From the NCBI GenBank assembly GCA_902523615.1, contig CABYZW010000003.1:14336-78335 (forward strand): a DNA stretch of 64,000 nt, written 5' to 3'. The stretch's first letter is position 1. Each line of letters begins with the position of its first letter. The notes beneath the pieces were generated by a model that saw only the letters and a program-made list of their open reading frames with translations, was not told the origin of the DNA and searched no databases. The position numbers were made by a program, and so were the translations under genes. The stretch is from an uncultured Pelagibacteraceae bacterium. GTDB taxonomy: Bacteria > Pseudomonadota > Alphaproteobacteria > Pelagibacterales > Pelagibacteraceae. Below are positions 55,040 through 63,120 of the stretch, one piece after another.

Positions 55040-56059
55040 ATGCGCAAGTTAAATGTATTAATAGTTGGGTCAACTGGATATATAGGTATTCAGTTAATAA
55101 AATTATTAATTAAACATCAAAATGTAAATATAAAATATATTTGTGGCAGTACATCAGTAGGAAAAAAAATCTCATTTTTTGATAAATCAGTTAAAAAAAA
55201 ACTTCCTAAAATAACAAAGTTTAACAAAGAATATTTATCTAATGTGGATGTTATTTTTACTGCGCTACCAAATGGAGAAGCACAAAAAATTTCAAATTTT
55301 CTATTAAAAAAAAATACTTTAATAGATTTAGCTGCCGATTTTAGATTAAATAGCAGCACTATCTATTCCAAATGGTATAAAAAAAAACATAACTCAATTA
55401 AAAATATTAGTAAGAGTGTTTATGCACTACCTGAGCTTATTGGAAAAGAGGTTAAAAAATTTCAAATAATTGGATGTCCAGGATGTTATCCAACATCAAT
55501 ATTATTACCAATAGTGCCATTAATTAAAAAAAACATTATTGATACTAAAAATATTATTATTGACTCCAAATCAGGTTACTCTGGAGCGGGTCGTAATGTT
55601 CATAAAAAATATAAAGATGATAATCTTTATGAAACTATTAGTGCTTATGGCGTGGGGTATCACAGACATAATTCTGAAATAGCACAAGAACTTAATAATC
55701 ATACTAATAAAAAAGTAAATTTTTTATTTACACCTCATTTATCTCCAATGTTTAGAGGAATACTAACTACAATTTATCTTACTACTAAACCTGGTATTAA
55801 TGTTAAAAAAGTTTTTCAGGTTATGAAAAAATTTCATTCGAAGAACCCATTCATCAGTGTTCAAAAAGGAGGATCATTTTTGAGTACAAATGGGGTTATC
55901 AACACTAACAAATGTAATATTTTAATTTGTAAAACAACAAATAAAAACAAGGTTGTAATTTTATCTTGCTTAGATAATCTGATTAAAGGTGGAGCAGGTC
56001 AAGCAATTCAAAATATGAACTCTAAATTCGGTTTTCCAATTAAGAGGGGATTGACATGA
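55040..56059 (+). CDS. argC: N-acetyl-gamma-glutamyl-phosphate reductase
   Basis: GSTGYIG, IDLAADFRL, PGCYPT, SGYSGAG, DNLIKGGAGQAIQNMN. Confidence 0.97.
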   Translation: MRKLNVLIVGSTGYIGIQLIKLLIKHQNVNIKYICGSTSVGKKISFFDKSVKKKLPKITKFNKEYLSNVDVIFTALPNGEAQKISNFLLKKNTLIDLAADFRLNSSTIYSKWYKKKHNSIKNISKSVYALPELIGKEVKKFQIIGCPGCYPTSILLPIVPLIKKNIIDTKNIIIDSKSGYSGAGRNVHKKYKDDNLYETISAYGVGYHRHNSEIAQELNNHTNKKVNFLFTPHLSPMFRGILTTIYLTTKPGINVKKVFQVMKKFHSKNPFISVQKGGSFLSTNGVINTNKCNILICKTTNKNKVVILSCLDNLIKGGAGQAIQNMNSKFGFPIKRGLT

Positions 56060-56286
56060 AAATATTAATTTTAGTATTGTCAATCTTATTTTTATCCAAT
56101 TGTTCTTTTAATTCAAATTCAAAATATTGGACTGAAGATGTCATAAAGAAAAAGAAAATAAAAGATGATATTAAAAAAATTGTGAATAAGTCAAATGACA
56201 TTATATCTTTTTCAGAGAATGAATTCGAGATTTATTTGAATGATTATGTTAATAAAAGTAATTTTCCAACACTAAAAAATGAATAA
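56056..56286 (+). CDS. small predicted lipoprotein of unknown function
   Basis: MKILILVLSILFLSNC lipobox; overlaps both argC and hom. Confidence 0.72.
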   Translation: MKILILVLSILFLSNCSFNSNSKYWTEDVIKKKKIKDDIKKIVNKSNDIISFSENEFEIYLNDYVNKSNFPTLKNE

Positions 56287-57577
56287 AAATATAAACATTG
56301 CGATTATTGGTCTAGGTCAAATAGGTTGCTATTTATATAATGAACTTGTTAAAAAAAATAAAGAAATTGAAATCAAAACAGGTAAGAAAATTAAGATTGT
56401 TGGAATTTCTGCTAAAAATAAAAATAAAAAGAGAAAATTTAATATAAATAAAAAAATATTTAGCTCAAACCCATTTGATATTATTAATAATAGAAAAATT
56501 GATATTTTATTCGAATGTATTGGTTTGCCCGATGGGATCTCAAAAAAAATAGTTGAGAAAGCAATAGTTAATAAGATTCATGTGATAACACCTAATAAAT
56601 CATTAATTGCTAAACATGGTGATTATCTTGCTAAATTGGCAGAGGATAATAATGTTAATTTAGAGTTCGAAGCATCTGTTGCTGGAGGCGTTCCTATACT
56701 TAAAACAATCAAAGAGGGTCTAGTTACAAATAAAATTAAAAAAATTTATGGTATTTTAAATGGTACAACAAACTATATTTTGACTGAAATGGAAAATTCT
56801 AATGAATCATTTCAAATAGTTTTAAAAAAAGCTCAAGCCAGGGGTTATGCAGAGCCCAGTAATCCAAAGCTTGATTTAAATGGTTTTGATGCTTATTCAA
56901 AAGTCAAGATTTTATCAGCTTTAGCTTTTGATAATAAAATTTCAAAACATAACGCATTAATGGAAGGTATTGAAAATATTGAACTTAAAGATATTAAGAT
57001 TGCAAAACAGCTTAATCTCAGAATAAAACTATTGGGAATATCGGAAATTATAAATAATCGATTATTTGAAGCTGTTCATCCATGTTTAGTTGGAAATGAT
57101 ACATATATAGGAAATGTAAATGGAGTAATGAACGCAATAATAATAAACGGAAAACCAATCGGTGAGTCCATTTTACAAGGTGAAGGAGCTGGTCCAGGAC
57201 CAACCTCTTCAGCTTTATTGTCAGATTTAATTTCTATTGTTAGAAATGATGTTAAAAAACCTTTTGGAATTTCATATAAAAATAGAAAAAATATTAAATA
57301 TTTCGACAATAAAGATTATTCAAATTCTTTATATTTGAGGTTTGAAGTTAATGATAAGCCTGGGGTTCTCTCCTCTATAACTAACACGTTTGCTAAATAT
57401 AAAATTTCAATAAAGAGAATTATACAAACACCTGATAAAATTAATAATAAAGCTACAATTGTAATTATTACTCATAAAACAACTGAGATTAATATAAAAA
57501 AATGTTTATCAATTTTTAAAAAGAATAAAAATATTATTAAGAAACCAACATTGATAAGACTATATAATTATAATTAG
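56279..57577 (+). CDS. hom: homoserine dehydrogenase
   Basis: GLGQIG, FEASVAGGVP, ILNGTTNYIL, GEGAGPGPT, C-terminal ACT (DKPGVL). Confidence 0.97.
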   Translation: MNKNINIAIIGLGQIGCYLYNELVKKNKEIEIKTGKKIKIVGISAKNKNKKRKFNINKKIFSSNPFDIINNRKIDILFECIGLPDGISKKIVEKAIVNKIHVITPNKSLIAKHGDYLAKLAEDNNVNLEFEASVAGGVPILKTIKEGLVTNKIKKIYGILNGTTNYILTEMENSNESFQIVLKKAQARGYAEPSNPKLDLNGFDAYSKVKILSALAFDNKISKHNALMEGIENIELKDIKIAKQLNLRIKLLGISEIINNRLFEAVHPCLVGNDTYIGNVNGVMNAIIINGKPIGESILQGEGAGPGPTSSALLSDLISIVRNDVKKPFGISYKNRKNIKYFDNKDYSNSLYLRFEVNDKPGVLSSITNTFAKYKISIKRIIQTPDKINNKATIVIITHKTTEINIKKCLSIFKKNKNIIKKPTLIRLYNYN

Positions 57578-57662
57578 TATTTATTGATTAATAGATGAAA
57601 TTACAAGTGACCATATAAAGCTTGATTAATAACAATTTATACAATAAAAAAAAGCAATTTTT

Positions 57663-57737
57663 GGTCCCTTCGTCTATCGGTTAGGACACGTGGTTTTCAT
57701 CCTCGAAAGAGGGGTTCGATTCCCCTAGGGACCGCCA
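57663..57737 (+). tRNA. tRNA-Glu(TTC)
   Basis: acceptor GGTCCCT/AGGGACC, anticodon loop TTTTCAT, T-arm AGGGG-TTCGATT-CCCCT, encoded CCA. Confidence 0.96.
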
Positions 57738-57748
57738 TAATCCATAAT

Positions 57749-58036
57749 ATGACTTTTTATGTTTACATGCTTCAATCACTAAATAAGAAGATTCCAAAAA
57801 CATATGTTGGTTATACAAATGATTTATTCAATAGACTTAAAAAACATAATTCAAGCAAAGGTGCTAAATCTACAAGAGGCTATAAATGGTCTATAATTTA
57901 CAAAAAGAGATTTTTTTCAAAAAAAAGCGCAATGTCTTATGAATATAAACTTAAAAATGATAGAAAGAAACGATTATCTATAATAAAAAAAAAAAATGAT
58001 AAAAAAATCAAAAATAGCAACAATACTTCCCTATAA
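57749..58036 (+). CDS. stand-alone GIY-YIG nuclease (UPF0213/YhbQ-like)
   Basis: FYVYML..TYVGYT..RL..HN...GAK.TR..A...E..LK. Confidence 0.9.
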   Translation: MTFYVYMLQSLNKKIPKTYVGYTNDLFNRLKKHNSSKGAKSTRGYKWSIIYKKRFFSKKSAMSYEYKLKNDRKKRLSIIKKKNDKKIKNSNNTSL

Positions 58037-60113
58037 AGAAAATTATACATACAAAAAAGCTCTTGCCGCTGCAATATGGGTAAATGACTTCCATAAATTT
58101 TCTAATTATAGAAATAATAATTATATTTTTGGAAATACGGACTCAAAAGATTATCTTACAGGAAATTATATAAATGTTCCTTTAAAAAAAAAAAAATCAA
58201 AGTTTGCAAGTACAACTAATGAATACTGTGATAATTTTATAAAGATTAGTTACAAGTATAATTTTGATATAATTGAAATTCATAATAGACCTCTTGTTTT
58301 TATTTACCTCAAAAAAAATATAAATAAAAAATTTATCTTATATTTCCATAATGATCCCTTAACCATGAAAGGATCAAAAACAATTTCTGAGAGATTATAT
58401 CTAATAAATAATGTAGATAAAATTATTTTTGTAAGTAAATGGGTACAAAATAGATTTTTTATTGGAATAGATCAAAAATTAATTGATAAAACTAATGTAG
58501 TTTATCCAAGTATAAACAAAGAAAATAGGATTATTAAGAAAAATAAAAATATTATTTTTGTTGGAAAATTAAATGAGTCTAAAGGATATGATATTTATAA
58601 AGAGGCAATAATTAAAATTTTAAACGAATTTAAAGAATGGAAAGCCTATTCTATAGGTGATGAAGACAGAAAAAGACCATACATAAATCATCCTCATCAC
58701 AAAGAATTAGGTTTTATGAAACATAAAAAAGTTCTACAATATTTAAATAAATCTGAAATTGCTGTAGTTCCATCAAGATGGGAAGAACCATTTGGTAGGA
58801 CTGCCTTAGAATCTTCATCAAGAGCATGTGCAACTATAATTTCAAATAGAGGAGGCTTACCAGAAACAACAGATCATGCAATTATTCTAAAAAAACTCTC
58901 AAGTAATGAATTATATTTAGAGATAAAAAAACTTATCAAAAATGATATTTTAAGAAAAAAAATTCAACTTAACGGTTTTAAAAATGTTAAACATCAAACA
59001 ATTAACAACTCAAAAATAATTGATGATATCAGAGATAAATTAATACATAATTTTAATTTAAATTATATCAGAAACAAATTAAGAATTATAAATATCTACA
59101 ATGCTGGACAAAAACTCAATCATAGGCTGTATAATATATCAATTGGAAAAAAATTTACTAACGGACTTATAAGAAATGGTCATGATGTTTTAGAAATTAG
59201 TGACCGCGATTTTATTAAACAATCAAGGTCGCTTTCATTTAAAAATACTAACGAAAGATTTCAAGAATATTTAACTGAAACATTTAAAAACTATAATCCA
59301 GATTTATTTTTGTTTGGCCATACTAGAAATATCGAAATTGATACTATTAAAACAATTAAAAATTTTAATAAGAATATAATTATATCACAGTGGAATGAAG
59401 ACCCGGTTATGCCTAGTCTCGGCTATTCTAAAAAAAACATCAATAATATAGCTATTTATAGTGATATAGTTGATCATAACTTTATAACCACCGATCCAAG
59501 TATCATATCAAAACAAAATTTAAAAATCAAAAATTTACATTTCTTTTTTGTGCCAGTTGATAAAAATATTGAGTGCTATGACGTTTTCAAATTAAATCCA
59601 ACTATGGATCTTTTTTATGCAATGAGTCATGGAGTAAATAGAGCAACTCTTAAAAAAGGTAAAACTGATGAAAGAATTAATTTTTTAGACAAATTAATTA
59701 ATAAATTAGATAATATAAATTGCGATTTTTATGGTTTTAAAAATAAAGAGCCCATTTGGGGAAATCAATTCTATCAATCTTTAGTCAATTCAAAAATGGG
59801 TTTAAATTTAAGTAGGGGACTGCCAACAAAATATTATTCAAGTAACAGGATTGCATCCTTAATGGGTAACGGATTATTAACATTTATAGATAAAAAAACA
59901 CAAATAAATGATTTTTTTAATCAAAATGAAATTGTTTTGTACGAAAACATTAATGATTTGGCTCAAAAAGTAAAATTTTATAAAAAAAATATTAAACAAA
60001 GAAAGAAAATAGCCTGCCTAGGAAAAAAGAAATATTTTAAACTTTTTAATGAGTTACGAACTACTAAATATATTATTGATAAATCACTTGGTAAATCTGT
60101 TCAATTATATTGA
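57996..60113 (+). CDS. two-domain glycosyltransferase (GT4 plus CgeB/Glyco_trans_1_2-like)
   Basis: VVPSRWEEPFGRTALE..SNRGGLPE (GT4); second GT-B module with SKMGLNLSR..YSSNRI..MGNG. Confidence 0.85.
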   Translation: MIKKSKIATILPYKENYTYKKALAAAIWVNDFHKFSNYRNNNYIFGNTDSKDYLTGNYINVPLKKKKSKFASTTNEYCDNFIKISYKYNFDIIEIHNRPLVFIYLKKNINKKFILYFHNDPLTMKGSKTISERLYLINNVDKIIFVSKWVQNRFFIGIDQKLIDKTNVVYPSINKENRIIKKNKNIIFVGKLNESKGYDIYKEAIIKILNEFKEWKAYSIGDEDRKRPYINHPHHKELGFMKHKKVLQYLNKSEIAVVPSRWEEPFGRTALESSSRACATIISNRGGLPETTDHAIILKKLSSNELYLEIKKLIKNDILRKKIQLNGFKNVKHQTINNSKIIDDIRDKLIHNFNLNYIRNKLRIINIYNAGQKLNHRLYNISIGKKFTNGLIRNGHDVLEISDRDFIKQSRSLSFKNTNERFQEYLTETFKNYNPDLFLFGHTRNIEIDTIKTIKNFNKNIIISQWNEDPVMPSLGYSKKNINNIAIYSDIVDHNFITTDPSIISKQNLKIKNLHFFFVPVDKNIECYDVFKLNPTMDLFYAMSHGVNRATLKKGKTDERINFLDKLINKLDNINCDFYGFKNKEPIWGNQFYQSLVNSKMGLNLSRGLPTKYYSSNRIASLMGNGLLTFIDKKTQINDFFNQNEIVLYENINDLAQKVKFYKKNIKQRKKIACLGKKKYFKLFNELRTTKYIIDKSLGKSVQLY

Positions 60114-60964
60114 TGAATATATCTATCATAATACCTTCATATAATAATTTAGAGTATCTAAAATTCACACTAAATTCAATTTTAAAGAATTCATATTATC
60201 ATCATGAGATTATTGTACATTTAAACGATGGTAGTGATGGTTCATATGAGTATGTTAAAAAATGTGAAATTAATTTTACCCGTTCAAATGAGAATATTGG
60301 TTTATGTAAATCAGTTAATTTAGCTTCTAAAAAATCTTCTCATGATTACATTTTATATTCTCACGATGATATGTATTTTTGTAAAAATTGGGATGTTCAC
60401 CTTAGAAATGAAATCTTAAAATATCAAGATATTTTTTTTTACTTAACAGGAACTAATGTCTCTGTAAAAAACGGATTGATTAATTTTGATTGTGGATCCT
60501 CGCCTTCAAATTTTGATGAAGATAAATTTAATAATTTTTGTTTACTTGATAAATCGAAAGATTTGCAAGGATCTCATTGGGCACCACATATAATGCATAA
60601 AGATTTATGGAATAAAATTGGCGGTTTTAGTGAAGAATTTAACCCTGGAGATGGCTCAGATCCTGACTTATGTATGAAATTATGGTTAAATAATGTACGA
60701 ATATTTAAAACAATTTCTAAATTTAAAGTTTATCACTTTAGTTCGATTACTACCCGAAAAAGTAATATTAAGTTAAACAATGGCACTAAAACTTTTTTAC
60801 TTAAGTATGGTTTTAATCCAAGATTCTTTAGAAAATATTATCTTAAAGGAGAAGGTACTATTGAATATAATGGAATATTAAAATCACCTAAAATTTCATT
60901 AAATATGCTTTTTGATCTTTTTATAAATAAAATTAAATATCTTTATTTTAAAGTATTTACATGA
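60110..60964 (+). CDS. GT2-family glycosyltransferase
   Basis: ISIIIPSYN, NDGSDG, N.G...N, HDD, IGGFSEEF..D.DL. Confidence 0.9.
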   Translation: MMNISIIIPSYNNLEYLKFTLNSILKNSYYHHEIIVHLNDGSDGSYEYVKKCEINFTRSNENIGLCKSVNLASKKSSHDYILYSHDDMYFCKNWDVHLRNEILKYQDIFFYLTGTNVSVKNGLINFDCGSSPSNFDEDKFNNFCLLDKSKDLQGSHWAPHIMHKDLWNKIGGFSEEFNPGDGSDPDLCMKLWLNNVRIFKTISKFKVYHFSSITTRKSNIKLNNGTKTFLLKYGFNPRFFRKYYLKGEGTIEYNGILKSPKISLNMLFDLFINKIKYLYFKVFT

Positions 60965-61869
60965 ATAATCTTATAGTAAGAATAGCAGAGGGTTTAGGTA
61001 ACCAACTTTTTATGTACGCAAACGCTTTTGCTTTATCCCAAAAAATTAATTATAAATTATTTATCGATGACGAAAGTGCTTATTTTAAAAAAAAGAACAT
61101 AGAAAAATATCAACTACATAATTTTAATTTATCGTCAAATATATGTGAAGATAAATTTAAATTTAATAACTATATAAAGGACTTTAAAAGAAAGTTTTTA
61201 ATAAAATCAAATTTTTTAAAACGAAAAAAAAATTTTCTAATAGAAGAGAATGATAAATTTAAAAAAACAAAATATTCAAACCTTTCAAATAATTCTTTTT
61301 CTAAAGTTTTATTTGTTGAAGGCCATTATGAGTCAGAAAAATATTTTAAAAATTATAAAAATCAGCTTAAATTAGAGTTTACTCTAAAAAATTCAAATTT
61401 TTATGAGAAAAATAAATATATTGAATTAATAAGAAATAATCCAAATATTGTATCTATTTGCGTAAGACAAAATAGATTTTCGGAAAGAATGAATAATAAA
61501 TTTAATGAAAATAATATTATTGCCTCACAAAATTTTACCAAAAAAACAATCGAGTATATATTTCGAGCAGTTACTTATATTGACAATAAGTTTGATGATA
61601 TGAAATATTTAGTGTGGAGCAACGATTTTAAAGATTTAAGAAATTATTTACCTGAAAATAAATTTATTTTTATTGAAAATAAGGAAAATAAATCACTTAG
61701 CGATTTTTATTTACTACTTAATTGTAAAAATTTTATTGTTGGACCAACATCGTTTCATTGGTGGCCCGCATGGCTTAATTCTAACCAAAACTCTTTAATT
61801 TTAAGACCTAAAGATTTAAATGTCTCTAATAATCTTGATTTTTGGCCCAGTAATTGGATTTCAATTTAA
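60961..61869 (+). CDS. GT11 (alpha-1,2-fucosyltransferase-like) glycosyltransferase
   Basis: EGLGNQLFMYA, EGHYESEKYF, DF.LL..C.NFI..TSFHWWPAWL, P..WI.I. Confidence 0.85.
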   Translation: MNNLIVRIAEGLGNQLFMYANAFALSQKINYKLFIDDESAYFKKKNIEKYQLHNFNLSSNICEDKFKFNNYIKDFKRKFLIKSNFLKRKKNFLIEENDKFKKTKYSNLSNNSFSKVLFVEGHYESEKYFKNYKNQLKLEFTLKNSNFYEKNKYIELIRNNPNIVSICVRQNRFSERMNNKFNENNIIASQNFTKKTIEYIFRAVTYIDNKFDDMKYLVWSNDFKDLRNYLPENKFIFIENKENKSLSDFYLLLNCKNFIVGPTSFHWWPAWLNSNQNSLILRPKDLNVSNNLDFWPSNWISI

Positions 61870-62771
61870 AATTTGATCTTATTAAGAGCATTATTTTTAA
61901 ATAGATTTGCTTCATGTATATATCTTCTTACCATTTGAGTAGTTTTATGACCTGTCATTGCCATGATATTCCGTTCTGCCGCTCCAAACTCAGCAGCTGT
62001 AGTAGCAAAACCCGATCTCAAACTGTGTCCCGCATATCTTGATGAGTCTAAACCTGCTTTATTTGTATATTTTTTAATAATTAGAGCTACTGATTTATCT
62101 GAAATATTAAAAATTTTTCCTTTATTTGAGTTTGTTAATTTAGAATTCATATAATTTTTGATTGCCAATACAGGACAAAATTCCTGATTTTCAAAGTAGG
62201 GTATTGCTTTTACAATTCCTTCGCCCGCTTGATCAGTTTTTGATCTCTTAATTAAAATTTTTACACCTTCACCTACAAATTCAATATCATCATAACATAT
62301 ATTAACCAGTTCAGATCGTCTAAAACCTCCAGCAAAACCAATTAAAATTAAAGCTTTATCTCGAATTTTTTCTTTGTCTATTGCTTTAATAATTAATTTT
62401 AAATCATTGATTAATATAGGTTTTTTTGCTTTTTGTCTTGAACCCAAGCTCCTTTTAATCCCATGCAAATTTTCCATTATAATTGGATGTTTAGTATCAA
62501 GATAATGGCCTCTTAACTTATGAATCACGCTTATAGAGGCTATTCTTCGTTTTAAAGTACTAAATTTTGATGTTTTTGAGAGGTTAGTAATGTATAGAGC
62601 AATAATTTTTGGTTCTGTTGGTATTGAGGAAAAACCATTTTTTGCACAGAAACTTGAAAAATCTTTAAAATCTGATTGATAAGCTCTCAGTGTATTGCTA
62701 GCTTTGGAGTTCTTTAAATTTTTTAAAGTTTCAATTTCTAAGCTTTTAACATCTGTTATTAGTTCATTCAT
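61866..62771 (-). CDS. Cre/Xer-like tyrosine site-specific recombinase
   Basis: N-terminal core-binding domain (SNTLRAYQSDF..STLKRRIASI..HK); full catalytic set R (GFRRSEL), K (RSKTDQ), HxxR (HSLRSG), H (TGHKT), Y (VRRY). Confidence 0.94.
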   Translation of the reverse strand: MNELITDVKSLEIETLKNLKNSKASNTLRAYQSDFKDFSSFCAKNGFSSIPTEPKIIALYITNLSKTSKFSTLKRRIASISVIHKLRGHYLDTKHPIIMENLHGIKRSLGSRQKAKKPILINDLKLIIKAIDKEKIRDKALILIGFAGGFRRSELVNICYDDIEFVGEGVKILIKRSKTDQAGEGIVKAIPYFENQEFCPVLAIKNYMNSKLTNSNKGKIFNISDKSVALIIKKYTNKAGLDSSRYAGHSLRSGFATTAAEFGAAERNIMAMTGHKTTQMVRRYIHEANLFKNNALNKIKF

Positions 62772-62775
62772 ATTT

Positions 62776-62804
62776 ATTTCCGATAACCATTAATTATCGG
62801 AAAT
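62776..62804. repeat. perfect 11-7-11 inverted repeat, candidate lox/dif-like recombination site
   Basis: ATTTCCGATAA (62776-62786), CCATTAA spacer, TTATCGGAAAT (62794-62804); 4 bp upstream of the recombinase ATG. Confidence 0.8.
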
Positions 62805-62831
62805 TATATAATAGGTGATTTTTAATGTCAA
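62803..62831 (-). promoter_or_regulatory. consensus sigma70 promoter of the recombinase gene
   Basis: minus strand TTGACA (62831-62826), 17-bp spacer, TATAAT (62808-62803); predicted +1 near 62796 lies inside the palindrome. Confidence 0.8.
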
Positions 62832-62850
62832 TAGTTTAAATATAAAAATT

Positions 62851-63027
62851 ATGGGTTCAGTTGATGGAGAAATACCTGCAGTTTGGTTTTTAATAACCTC
62901 ATTTGGCTTTATAATTTTAAGTTATATACAATACAAAAATCATGGAAAAAGTATTGAAACAATTTTTTTATCAACTTTAGCGATTGTTTTTTTTATTAGT
63001 TATTTTATACTTGTGTTCAAAGCTTAA
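62851..63027 (+). CDS. small hypothetical membrane protein (two predicted TM helices)
   Basis: AVWFLITSFGFIILSYI and IFLSTLAIVFFISYFILVF hydrophobic segments; ATG at 62851, ORF track uses GTG at 62815. Confidence 0.55.
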   Translation: MGSVDGEIPAVWFLITSFGFIILSYIQYKNHGKSIETIFLSTLAIVFFISYFILVFKA

Positions 63028-63103
63028 TTTATCCCCACAATTCACAGCAATTTTCCTTTTTTTTAAAATCAATTAAAAAGTGATACTAATATAAATATAT
63101 ATT

Positions 63104-63112
63104 TGTTATGAT
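63104..63112 (+). promoter_or_regulatory. extended -10 promoter for the structured RNA
   Basis: TG-T-TATGAT ending 8 nt before the first hairpin. Confidence 0.45.
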
Positions 63113-63120
63113 AATATTAA

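Noticed and set aside
57749-58036. GIY-YIG gene as a homing endonuclease or defence nuclease
   Set aside because: At 95 aa it is only the catalytic domain, matching the widespread stand-alone UPF0213 type, with no intron, DNA-binding extension or partner methylase.
3853-62154. Numerous 60-126 aa antisense ORFs in the ORF track (e.g. 4624-4974, 22493-22834, 30025-30339, 46588-46968, 49565-49876, 61963-62154)
   Set aside because: Shadow ORFs opposite well-supported genes, with no recognisable motifs.
57663-63120. Classical prophage or island integrated at tRNA-Glu
   Set aside because: No direct repeat of the tRNA 3' end was seen near or beyond the recombinase, there are no phage or conjugation genes, and the recombinase is not next to the tRNA.
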